64,000 bases of DNA. Source: Massalongia carnosa (lineage: Eukaryota). The notes under the pieces were generated by a model that was not told the origin of the DNA, ran no database searches, and saw nothing but the letters and a program-made list of their open reading frames with translations. Position numbers and translations under genes: made by a program. Where the stretch lies: contig OZ287083.1 of assembly GCA_965645245.1 (NCBI GenBank), forward strand, positions 1,054,001 to 1,118,000, written 5' to 3'. Numbering within the stretch: the stretch's first letter is position 1; the number at the start of each line of letters is the position of its first letter. This document shows, piece after piece, positions 1 to 11,866 of this stretch.

Positions 1-3000
1 CTGGCCTTCGATGTTTACCACAATTCGTCGTCCTCGTTTGTGCTCAGGAACTCCGTCTCTTGAGGCGCCAAAATCAAGAACCTAGAATCGCAGATTAGTG
101 ACCTATTAGTCCAAGGATAGAAGGCAAGCAAACCCACCTCTATATATGTCAGATTATTCCTTTGAACTGCGGCCACACATCTCCGTTCGTTGAATTTAAC
201 CTGCCAAACGCCGCTCAGGTCGGTTAATAAATCCTTAACAAACTCTCCCGTCGTCACGTTCCACATCTTGAGCGTTCTATCGGACCCGGAAATAACCTTC
301 TGACCGTCATGTTGGAAGCATGTTATGGCGCCTGTGTGGGCACTTAGGATACTCTTGCATTGGCCGTTCTCGGGATCCCATATGCGAAGAGTGGAGTCTG
401 CTGCGGCCGATACCAACCGATTCTGTTGAAGATCCAGCAAGCCCACTAGCGACGAGTGGCCTTCGAGATTAAATAGAACCGAGCCAGTATCGAGAGACCA
501 CACCTTAACCAGAGTGTCCATTGATCCGCTAATACAGCGATTGCGCGTGTGATCCAAAACGACGCTATAGACCTTTTGTGTGTGTCCCTGTAAACGATGT
601 AACGTCTCACCAGTGGATATTTTCCAAACCCGGACGGTGTAATCGTAGCTTCCACTCACGAGCGTGTCAGCGTGCGCAGCGATAGCCCGTACTGAATGAT
701 GATGACCGGTAAGTACACGAACAAAATAAGGGCACTCAGCATCATCTGGTGCAGGTCCGGTCTGAAAAACTTGCTTATCGTCGCTTTTGGGAAGCTTCCA
801 GACCCGGAGATTGGAATCCCGAGAGCCAGTGATGATCAGAGGTTGTTTGGGCATCATGGTAGTCTTACCGTCTCCGCTCTTGATAGCTGTAGGCATCAGA
901 ATCTGCAAACATCTTACAGTAGACGTGTGGCCCTGAAAGACTTGTGTGCAAACACCCTTTTCGATGTCCCATACTCGCACGGATCTGTCTGTGGAGCCAG
1001 AAACCAGCACGTTCCCCTCGTATTGCAAAGCCCACACGCCTCCCTCATGCCCTTCGAGCCGTGCTCGCAGAGCGCCTGTCTGGGTGTCGTACACGTTTAT
1101 CTTCGTATCGTCACTACCTGTAAGTATCTTGTCCGTGTCAAATTGCAAACAAGTCACGACATGACGCTGATGTGCTCTGAAAGCTATGTGACGGGGTTTG
1201 GTTTCGTCCTGCATCCAGCTGTTACGAATGATGTGATGTCGCTGGTAGATTGACTTGAACAGATGAAGATTCTTGAGGCGGGGTAGGCCAACACGAGGAT
1301 AAGGCACAGCCATGGCGGCAGCATTAGCGGCGGCATAAGGGCCGTCGGCTGTAGACGTCCCGAAACCTACATTGATCGCAGTAACCGTATTCGTCGCGGC
1401 TCTTTTCTGTTGCTTTCGAGGTTTGGGTTTGAACTTAGAAGGGGCCTTTCTCTTTGACCGCTTAGTCTGGGGAGTTGAAACACCGCTGGCTGGAGCGGTA
1501 AGAGTGCTGAGTCCCGATTGTCCAGCATGCGCGGAAGACACTGACCATTCTGTGTCGGAGGGTATAAGCCCAGAAGCACCAAGGTCCTTCTCCCAATCAT
1601 CAGGACGAGATGCATGTTGCCAACCCCAGCCTTCACGAATTGCTCTCTGAAGCTCGCCGTCTGGCAACCGATATCCATCGGCATCAAACAAGCGTTTCCA
1701 CGCTTCTTCGTCAGAGTCAACTATTTCTCTCCATTTTCTCGATACTTGAGCTGCGCGACAGAGAGTCTTGACATCCAGATATCCAACAATGTTCAAGCAG
1801 AGTTCTATCGGGAGCAGAGAAAGAAAATCGCACTTGAGCGCTGGGTTAACGGTGTCGGCAACGAAATGTAGCACCGGTTTCGAGCAGCGACGTAAGAATT
1901 GATGCATCATGTAGAGCTTCATCTTCTCTGGCATGGCTTCAAAAGAATCCAGCATCGTGGGTATACTCATCATCGAAGGGTTAGCAAGCTGATTATTGCA
2001 AAAAGTTGTTTCAGCGGATGATTCGGAAGATAATTTGGTTGTTAGCGAATCTTGCGAGTCTAATAAGCCTAGCTTGAAGGACGGAGAGTGTATGCTGTCC
2101 TGGCTTGTATCACACGATAGCTCGAAATCTGGGTTCGCAGGTCCGTCGCTGAAAGTATGGTCATCGAAATAGCCTCTTCTATTCTGTAAGTTGGCTGCAG
2201 CCGTGACTGGCGATAAACTTGGGCTTGGGAGGCTAATGTCTTGCGCAGCCGTGGTATCGAGTATGGCCGGTCGAGGTCTTACTCTGCTGCCTGTTTGCTG
2301 TGGCGTCGAGAACTCATCTCTTGTATTTCCTGTTATATGAGCGTCTGTAACGGTTCTAGTAGATTCATCTTGCCATAGTGACCGAGCTTCGGAAGTTTCT
2401 CGGTGATCGTTTTCCGGCTTAATCAAGTCCACTCCTTGAAATGAAACCGTCCCGGGTACCTCGAATTCAGGACTGAGGATGTGCGGATTTGTCCCGTTTG
2501 GGTCTATTGTTATTGGTGTCACCAGTTGATGAAACTGAGTCTCATAATCGCTCGAACGTCTCGAACTCTGAGCCCGAGTACTTCGATCGCTGATATGTCC
2601 ACTGTTGTCAATGCCGAGAGAAGCCAAATGTGAACCTAGATTCAGCCGTGATCGTGTGCGCGGCAGCTGTTGCGCAGGAGATATGGCTTCCGCTAAAGAT
2701 GAACTTGTTCGTTCGAAAGCACCCAGCCGCCGTTTGCGAGACCCTTGCATAGCTGCCAAGCGGACAGCCTCGGAAATGGATACAGGTGACGTCTGTCGCC
2801 GCCTAGTACGGGGTGTGGGGCCAAAGGTTCTGTTGATCTGTAAATCGTCAAGGTTTTTGGATCGTATGACAGCTGGCTTGGGGGTCTCGAAATCGGATTG
2901 AAATTTTGCAACAGAACGTATTATTCCGCCAGAGTTTTGTAAAGCATCCTGCTGTTGCTTGAGCTATAGCAAGGCCTCTTTATTAGCCAAAATTTGTCTA

Positions 3001-3478
3001 ACGACCATATACCCATTTAGTAGGATGAACGTACCTCTTTCATCGTGTCCCCAGCGTCGTCTGCCTCACCAAAAAAAGTTGGTCTGCCTCCAACGTCGAA
3101 ACAAAACCTTTTTATTGATTTTGGGGTGGGCGAAGACGCTAAGGGATACATTTTTGGATCTAGCTCATGCAAGTGAAGAGGAGCCTTCATCATAAGAGGA
3201 GGAAAGCTTGTGGTTGTTGTGGTGGTAGTAGTAACTATCGTTGTTTGCGTTGCTGGAGCAAAAGAGAACTGCCCCAAGATATCATCCGCAGATGGTTCCA
3301 GCGCTTGCTGAGGGTTAGGCATTGTCGAGCCTAAATCTTCTGAACATCTCAGTCCGGGGGCCGCGGAAGTCGAAATGGTACTTTGCGGGGTGTTCGAAGT
3401 GGATGGCGCGTGTAATGAGTGTTCAACGCGTGAGAGAGGCTCTGGTAGGATTTTAGGGGTTCGGAGAGTGGGTTCCAT
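1..3478 (-). CDS. CDC4: F-box/WD40 SCF substrate receptor Cdc4 (Fbw7-like); 3' end runs off the window
   Basis: F-box (DFLSLLPIELCLNIVGYLDVKTLCRAAQVSRKW) followed by WD40 repeats (GHEGGVWAL, VSGSTDRSVRVWD). Exons 3478-3035, 2963-138 and 81-<1; introns 2964-3034 and 82-137 are GT..AG and restore frame, giving ...TYIE|VLDFGASRDG. Confidence 0.93.
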
Positions 3479-4461
3479 CAACGCACGATGGTCTGGAAAA
3501 CCTTGGACTTATACAGAGCTGACCCAAGAAAGCTAGGTGAGCGCGTGTGTTCAATAAAGGCAATACTAGACTATTCAAGCTCACGAGAATATGAAAACAA
3601 TATTTCGACCCTATTAGGCACTGAAGTAATTCCAAGCGTAGCAGATCACTACTCTCGGAGCAAAGAGTTTGGCCACTGGAGTAGTGGGAGTTTGGGGACA
3701 GGTCTAGCCGGTGAACGAGCATGCAAAAGGCGGATATTGGCCGAAGAAGGTATGCTATCAAATGAGTATCTTCAGATCAGATGCAGGTGAGAAGGGAAAT
3801 TTTGACAAATTCTCGGCGTGTATCAAGTAGTCTGAGGAATGAAGAAGTCGAAAGTTGGTGCTGAGGGGCGGGTTCCTGATGTGCTTAGCGTGGTTGACTT
3901 CCAAAGCTGTCATGTAACATCTAATCACGTGCTACTACTAGTTATTTGGTAGGGATAGGTACTTTGTAAATTACTCTGCAGCTAGTTATAAGCCCTAACG
4001 TGAACACCTGATCGGTTCATTAGGAAGCACGTTGTATCATAACATATTTAGAGAATGGATAATCGACTTCATCGCCAAATTCTCACGCAGATGCATTGAT
4101 TAAAATTGATATATAAAACAGTCTCGATGGCGTCAATTAAGGATCAAGCGGACGGAAGGGCCGCATTTCGACCCAACTTCAGTAACTACGTGCCTATCTA
4201 CATTCATAGAACTGACTCATCTACTCAAGCTTCATGTTCCTCATTGTGCTAACCCATCTTAAGTAAACCAATCTTCCCCCCTAAATTATAGCCAAATGTC
4301 AAAGAAACCAAGAAGCTGTCTGCCTCTGAATCACCCAGCTTTCAAAAATCAAGCCATTGGTTCTAGATTCTATACTGTTGATCATAGAACTGTCCGTCAG
4401 ATACATTAGTGTTAAGGGAACTGCTTTGTCTGAGCCTCCCTTGTGGAGAATCTGTAGTTGT

Positions 4462-6855
4462 CTAACTAAAATCTTTCGGTCTCCGGCGAATTTCGTGTGG
4501 CGTGGGGAGGTAGTCTGATTGACATGTGGAGTATGGCCATAAGGATTCGTATTGCCGAGTGGGGTGGACGTATATATTACTAGGCTGTTGCAGGTCCGCA
4601 TATGAATTTACGCCCCAAAAATCACTGTTTGCTGTTTTTGCATCTCTTGTGCGCCCAGCCAAGCCCAATGATGCTCCAGGAGTAGAACTAGGCTTGGTGC
4701 TAACTCTCGAGAAATATGCCGCTGGCCGAGGTGGCAAAGGTACATTTGATGGAGGCGGTAGAGGAATACTAGGCTGTGAGGGCAGAGCGTCGCTCAATTG
4801 AGGCAGCGAAGTGGTGCTGGCTCCGGCTTGATAGCAGGTGCGGGATCTCCGGTCTAATGATGATTGGCTTGGGTTGTTTCGATCTCTTTTCACTATTTTG
4901 GGACTTGTTGCTGGAGCTTCAAAGAATACCTCGATCATAGCTCGGGCGGCATCCTCGGATACTCTGTATACCGCTTACATTAATATTAATATCTTACTTA
5001 GGAGTATACCAGTTACCTAGCTGCGTTTCGCAATTCATTGACAGACTTTTCCGTCTTCGACGAGAAAGGGATGTGTAAGAAATGAATGAACGCAACATTT
5101 TTAACCATAATCCATCGAATGGGAATACAACTAAGGGATACTGTTAGATAGAAGCAAAAGGAAATCACAATAGGCATCGTGGGCTTACCCTTGGCAGTCC
5201 TTTCCCAAAAATAAATTTGGCCGAACCTTATCATCGTAAGGACCCGTCATTTCTGCAATCCCACAATACTGAGAGCTGCAAAACATGTCAGCAGGCGTTT
5301 CTCGACTTTGGATATTGACTTATTTGTTCTCTCTACCTTCCAACAACGGAGAAGAAGAGGACTATCATTTCCCCTAATTTGCGTCGACGCCAAAAGCTGT
5401 TTAGAGAGTTATTCCCATTTTTTGAAGAGGACCAGATACTCTTATTGATAGCCACCTGGATGTCGGCAATAGTTTTTGGCTTCATCATTAGCACAATCGA
5501 CTGAGCATAAAAGTCAGCATTAAGGAAAGTTGGAAATAAATTATCAGATTTTGCCTTACTCCAGGCGGGAGAGTAAACTTCGAAGAAAGCTCGCCATGAT
5601 CTGTTTCAGTCCAGTCTACTCGTGGACCTGATAAACCCAAAGAAGCTTCTTGCTTTAAAACATAGGGGGTCATAAGAAATGGGCTAATGGTTTGTACCGA
5701 TGAATGATTCTGGTCAATAGGCCGAGGGATGTAGCCGGTGATATTCTTGCCAGGAGATGAAACTATGATTGGGATTGCTGGTCGAGAGATACGCCGAGAA
5801 ACAGACGGAGTTATGTCCTTCACGGGCGGAGGGTGTGCATCACCGAATGAAAGCCGCCGCATACCTGGTCGAACTCTATCGGAGACTAAAAACAGTGAAG
5901 AACCAGAAGCTCCATACTGACGTGCAAATGAGGAAGTGGTGTTGTCGATCCCAAGACTCATTGATGATAACCCTGTCCTGAAGCTATTACCAGCAGGCAG
6001 ATCTGAGAATTGTGGCCTGCTACTCATTAAATTTTCATTCCACTGATCATTTGCTTGTCTCTCTACATATTCTGTTGTTATCATCAGGCTGTTACTGCAA
6101 GGAAAGACTGGAAATGAGGCTGGAAATCTACCATGTCCAATAACACCATAACTGGTCATAGTCTTTCTGCTTGGCGATGAAGAGCTGTCATCATCTCTTG
6201 TGGTATCCAGCATCCCTTCGCTCTGAAAGACTCTTTCTCTTGAGAACCCCATTTTCGGAGAGGTGAGAACCGATCTTCTTTGGGCCTTTTTAGATTTGTC
6301 CCAGGTAGGTTTTGAGGGATGTAAATCGCTCGCAGTCTCACGGAGCGTCCGGATTGACAGTTGGCCAGGGGGCATAACAGCGGAGGGCAGCGAGTATATG
6401 GCGGTATTATCAATGGGTGAGTGACTACGTCTGAAGATTGGATTCACGGTTTGCAGCGTGACAGGCACCCGACCAGTTAATTCGTAGCCAACGAGGGGGC
6501 GAGTGAAGGAACGCAGCTTCTGATCATCCATCATAGGATCTCCATCTTCACGGTGAGCGGGCCTGTAGAACCCAGGTAATATGGCTTCCTCTGGATCGAA
6601 TTGGTTAGTTTCTGTTAACTGGTAGGCTTAGAGTATGTTCCTTGTCAATACGTACCGCATGTTTCACTTGTAGCGCGCCGTAACCTTGCAGTAAAGGTAT
6701 CTCTGTTAGACTCGATATGCAGATGATCCACATCCCTCGATTTAGGGTTGTCTTCTCTGCGCTCCTTAAGAAATGATGATCAGATAAAAAGCAAATCAGC
6801 AGGTTTAGAGATCTCCTACCTCGGTCGTCATGCGGGAATCTTCTGACTGTGACAT
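4462..6855 (-). CDS. YTH-domain RNA-binding protein (divergent), multi-exon
   Basis: Manual splicing gives ATG 6855 (MSQSEDSRMTTE), a long low-complexity exon, then SIVLMMKPKTIADIQVAINKSIWSSSKNGNNSLNSFW...IVLFFSVVG|SSQYCGIAEMTGP...|CIPIRWIMVKNV...HI...KSVNELRNAAR|VSEDAARAMIEVF. This follows the YTH pattern (IKS..SIW.ST..GN..L, FFSVN.S..F.G.AEM, V.W...KDV, KPVTNSRD.QEV). The 5' exon boundaries are less certain. Confidence 0.8.
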
Positions 6856-8051
6856 CGTCTATCTCTTTCAAAAGGGGAGTTAACACCTTAGTATTTCCTT
6901 TATCATAAGCCTTAAATCGAATAGAATTACCTTTGTTGAGAGTCAGTGAGCTGACGCGGACGAGTATACGCTCTTGAGTATCAACGCTTGGAGAAATAAC
7001 AAGATTATTGAAGCCTTGGCTTAACAAAGATTCTTCTGAGATTATTTTGGGATGCTTTATTGTGAATTAAAATTAGCAACAAATCCCGAGAGTGGGTACT
7101 CACTAGTGGAGGTTGGATTTGACAAGATAAACCCATAGCTCTGAAGTGATATAATTTAAAAAGAGACACAAAAAGCTCGGTTTGAGTATATTTACGTATA
7201 TAACACGTAGAAGAAACATATGCCCAGAAGGCGGGCAACACAACCTTTAGACTCGTGAGAATAAGGTTGCAGAAGAATAGTGTTTAAAGAGATTCAAGGA
7301 CATATGGACAATGAAAAGGGACACACGGGTTATGCTGATTAAGGTTGGAGTAATTCATCAAGTTGCCGTTCATGTTCCTGCTATAGAGTATGTCCCTTCA
7401 CATAGCCACCATAACTGAAGATATCTGAGCTCCAAGCACCAAAACAATGCAAGTACGTACCTCTATAATGTTATCACTTGGTTGGGAGGAGGCGAAGGGG
7501 ACCGTCACAATACATTTGCGAATTAGGTCTCTGCTTTGCATTTAGGGCTTCCTTGAACAAGTCGAATGCAGCATACATGAAACATGATTCCTCATACTCC
7601 AGCGACATAAGGCTACCCTTCCCATGAATGAGCTGGACTGGAAGCCTCCCTTCTCTCTAATCTGTCCCCTCTCTCATTTTTTCAGCAAATTTATCTTGGC
7701 AGTTCGATTTCGTCTGATTTTCTAGACTTTCAGTCCCCAGGTAGTGTTAGCCATGTGGCTCGGACAGTTTGTGATAACCTTGGGTTTTCTAACGAGCACA
7801 CAGCTTGACGCAACAGCATCGTAACGTAGAGGGGGCAGGCGGAGGAGACTTGTCCATAACTCGTTTAACAATAGCAGAAAAAAAACAAGCCCATTCAAGA
7901 TATCTGCATGCGCTAGACTAGTTTCTGTCATTGGATTTTTGTCTTGATATTTGACAATTCATCTCATCTCATTGAGCCGCTCCGCTGCAAAAGGTCTTCA
8001 CAAAGCTCCTCCCTCACATACCTCTCGTTGTTGCTCCTTGATATTCTTGTC

Positions 8052-10346
8052 ATGACTGTGCTGCGAGGCAAGCGGATTCAAAAGCGAAAATTGAATGATG
8101 GTGCTGCGAAGCCATTGGTAACCACCTCAACAGCTTTTTCCCCTCATGATCAGATCATTGAAGAGGAGCAAAGTTTCATGATGGTGCAGACGCTATTGCT
8201 CGTTTCGGTATGTCTTCCTCCTTGGTCTGAAGCATGCTCGCTGACAGTTCTCTGAACCGATAGGTCGCAGGTTTCGCTTGGTTACGGTCCGATTGATCTT
8301 ACAGCATCACCGACAGCGTGCCGCTAACTGAGCATAGAAATCTCTTTCCCGAAGGTTGTTACGATCTACGCAAAAATGCCGATATTTGTGCAGATGCTCG
8401 CTTCTTGTACCGCAAGACTCACTGCATAACCTCAGACTCTCATAGAAATAACAATATTGAACCAGAACAGCTGAACAAGCAATGGGCTCCAAGGGTATTG
8501 ATTCGAGGTAGAACCCAAGAAGCCGATAAATTGTTGGAATGGTTGGTTAGTGCTCAAGGGTTGCGAGAATCGATGGGGCCATAGCTGACCATCTACCATA
8601 GGACATTATTCTAGAAGGAATTCTGAATAAGAGCCTATCCAGGGTTTGCTTTAGTATATACACAGAGAAAGAAAACCCTTCACAAGCCCTTGAAACCTAT
8701 GATTTCTCAGTCCAATACCTCCAGGACGCTAGCGGCGGTAATCAGCAGATTGTAGGACTCGGTTTTTCTGGATGTTCTGGTGAACCATTAACTATGATGG
8801 ACACAAGATCGAAAATGAAGAAGATTATTAGGCAGTTAATGCAAATGGACAATCTTTTACCTGATCTACCAGGTTAGTTTCGCTGATGTCAGATTCTATC
8901 TCTAGTGGCTGACCAAGTGCATCTTCAAGAACGGCATTACCTGATATGCCATCTTTTCCAGCACAAAGATGCCCCACAAGGACATGTTTATAGAGGCTTT
9001 CATTCATGTGTACAGCAGCCTTCTGTATGTATGCAAGCCAGTGAATCATGGGATGTCGCGGACCTCGGTTCAATGAATTCACATTTCCACAAGTATGGCA
9101 CCTTTGCGAGCTTTGTGAGCCTCACTGATCGGTTTAGCGTTGCATTGCAAGTAGGATACTTGCCTCCGACAGCTGGTCCAAAGCCAAATCCAAAGCAAGC
9201 AATTCCCACTTTCCAAAACTCATTGCGCCACAGGTCTCCATTACAACATGAAGGCCTTGACTGGAGTCTTGGATCGCCCACCTCGGAACTAAATCCTGCG
9301 GGTGCTGGAGTGGAATATCTGAACGAATTTGATCGACAAGGGAGTGTATCTGTGGGAGAGCACGAAGACACTGAAAATAAAGGCCGACTGATGCCGAATG
9401 CTGCTATTCAGAAGGTGGGCTTATTGTTTTTTCCCCATGAACAACGGCTGATGAAGGTAGCTGAGCGAGGACCAAAGCCACCGCCGCAACAACTCTTTGA
9501 TACCAACTCAAGAGCTACCATCTAACGATCTGCAACAATCAAAGTCCTGCACGCTAGATCCTTTGATATTTAAGCTGCTAACCGTAAAAAGAGACGGCAT
9601 CTTGCAAAGCCTGGGTAGGATTTCATACAACATGGATAAAGTTGGCATCTGCTGTGAGTGCGAATTTAAGGAGAAGGAAGGAAGCATGGTAGGAGTTGAT
9701 ATTGTGGTATACTTTATACTTCTCCGGCGCATTACTAATCAGAACAATGCATAGGCGAAATGTGAGTGCTGCGATGGTTGGCAGCACAATCACTGCTATG
9801 GCTACAGCCTTAAGATTCCTTCAGAACAACACTTTTGTTATTCATGTCTCCTTATAGGATTCGACGAAAGACGTCTGGAGGAATTGAGGAGACTAGCCCG
9901 ATTCAGACGAGCGCTATGGGTCGCGTATGAACAGGGCTACCCAAGGTCGATGGATGCCTTTGCAAAGATGTTGGGTTCGTTTCACTGCTGCTTTGTGTAA
10001 GATATATAATGACTCACAGTTTAGGTTATGACGGAAAGGCGACAGCTGGCATTGTACACAGAATGAAAGAAGAGGGCTACCTGTCCATGGCCACAAAGAC
10101 CAGACTTCAGCTGGTGGACTCGCCAGAACAGACTATAACTAAAAACAGAGACTATTTTAATCCAATGACGCTGATTAAACAGTTTGTAAGTCTGAGAATA
10201 TGAGCGGAGATCAAGATGGTTTGTAGTAACAAATCCCCTAATTAAACCTGCAGTATACATCCTCGAACGGACGCAACATCTTGAGGACGGATTCTCCGAA
10301 GCCATCGCGAAAACGCACGAGACGCGACATGGGTGTTAATTCTTAA
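8052..10346 (+). CDS. HOP1: Meiotic axis protein Hop1-like (HORMA + PHD finger + C-terminal region)
   Basis: Spliced N-terminus EQSFMMVQTLLLVS|VAGFAWLR|NLFPEGCY...EADKLLEWL...SIYTEKENPSQALETYDF is HORMA-like. PHD finger ICCECEFKEKEGSM|AKCECCDGWQHNHCYGY...HFCYSCLL. Many short GT..AG introns; stop TAA at 10344-10346. Confidence 0.85.
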
Positions 10347-11866
10347 CCTGGACCCTACAGTTCCAAAGGTGGAGGTGCAATGACCGGGCGTTTTCTGGTT
10401 TTCAAGCCCCTCGGAAAGCGCTTATATCGATTTTCGCTTGATTGTACAAGAGTAGAGATTTTGCAGGATCGTCATCGGAGCCTATGTACCTCTGTATCGG
10501 GGCAGCGCTAGCTAGCTCGGTGGTTTTTTTTTTTTTTTGGAACAGTTTAAAGTAAAGATTAGTTTATCAACAATATACTCTGTACCTTGATGGAGTAGTA
10601 CTCTGTATAATCTCATGACTCATGACTCATGAGTAGAAAAAGAAGTGCGGGTTTGAAATTTGCAAGAAGCAATTACCTGATACGTAGTGAAGTTTTTTCT
10701 CGGAAGAGAGTCCTAAGGGATGGACATGATTGGGGGTTTTTGCAGGGCCAATGGTGCGCCCGCTTTGTTTGAAACGGAAAACCCCTATCCGCATGCCCGC
10801 TTCCCATTTCTCTTGCTCCACAGTGCCATTGGCGCTACGCTTTCCTATCCCTTGAGTTGGGATATACGCCACCGTCAGGGATCTGGAAATGGCGTCCACT
10901 CGACCGGCCACCCATGAGTTTCTAAAAGGATGTTGCGCGTGTCAGTTAAGACAGCTTAGTAGCTCTGTACCTTACAGAGTCTATCGTGCTAGTAACTCCT
11001 ACCCTACTCGATAACAGGGAATCGATCGGTAGTCGAAGAAAGCGATAGCACAGACATCTCACGCCAGATCAGGACTAAGATCGAAATCATGCTCCAAACA
11101 GGCCGCGAGCGGACTTTATTCCACGTGTCATGCTCACCGATATCTCTCTGCCGCGATGGCGAATATAGAGTCTCCAAGGAGGAACGGAGTATCATTGTGT
11201 GGATGTCTCTGTACACGGTACTCGATACTCGGTACAAACGACGGAATGCCCCGTCCTTTCGTGGTGACAATGCTCCCGTCTCCGAACGAACAAAAACAAA
11301 ATATGGTCGAATTGTGTGTGACCACTAATACGGAGTGGTTACCCACAAGGTGCAACCACTCACAAGTTACTTTGTCCATGTTTCAACCCTGAACCTACTC
11401 GCAGTTGCTTTTGCATGTCAATCAATCTTGCGAACCTCGGACCGTCCAGGATCATCAAGTCTGATCCAGGCTCTAAAGTGCCCCCTGTCTGGGAGAAGGA
11501 AACTAACTAGTAGATAGAGGGGAGAGCGGAGTGCCCCAGTGCCCACATACATACAACGATTGCCTACCGGTCAATTACTTCCACCGTAAGGATAATCGAC
11601 TTGGTTCCGAAACCCCTTCTCACTTCTTTTCTTCCTTTCCTCCAGCATGGACGTTCCAACGTCAATCCAATGCCTCGACTCAAGTGTCGCATAGATGTTC
11701 ATCAACTAAAACTCGACTCGAATGAGCAAGCCTTGATACGAATCTCTCCAGTGTCAGAGTACCCTCGGATCTACCTACGTTGCTGCTTTCCACTTGACTC
11801 CGACCCTCCCCCAAGCAATTTTGCCATTCGACTTGCTCGTCCTACATTTTCTCTCCAAACCCAATT

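Noticed and set aside
10170..10250. Two TTAAAC hexamers at the HOP1 3' end as Mmi1-type DSR motifs
   Set aside because: Two hexamers, one of them intronic, are within chance expectation.
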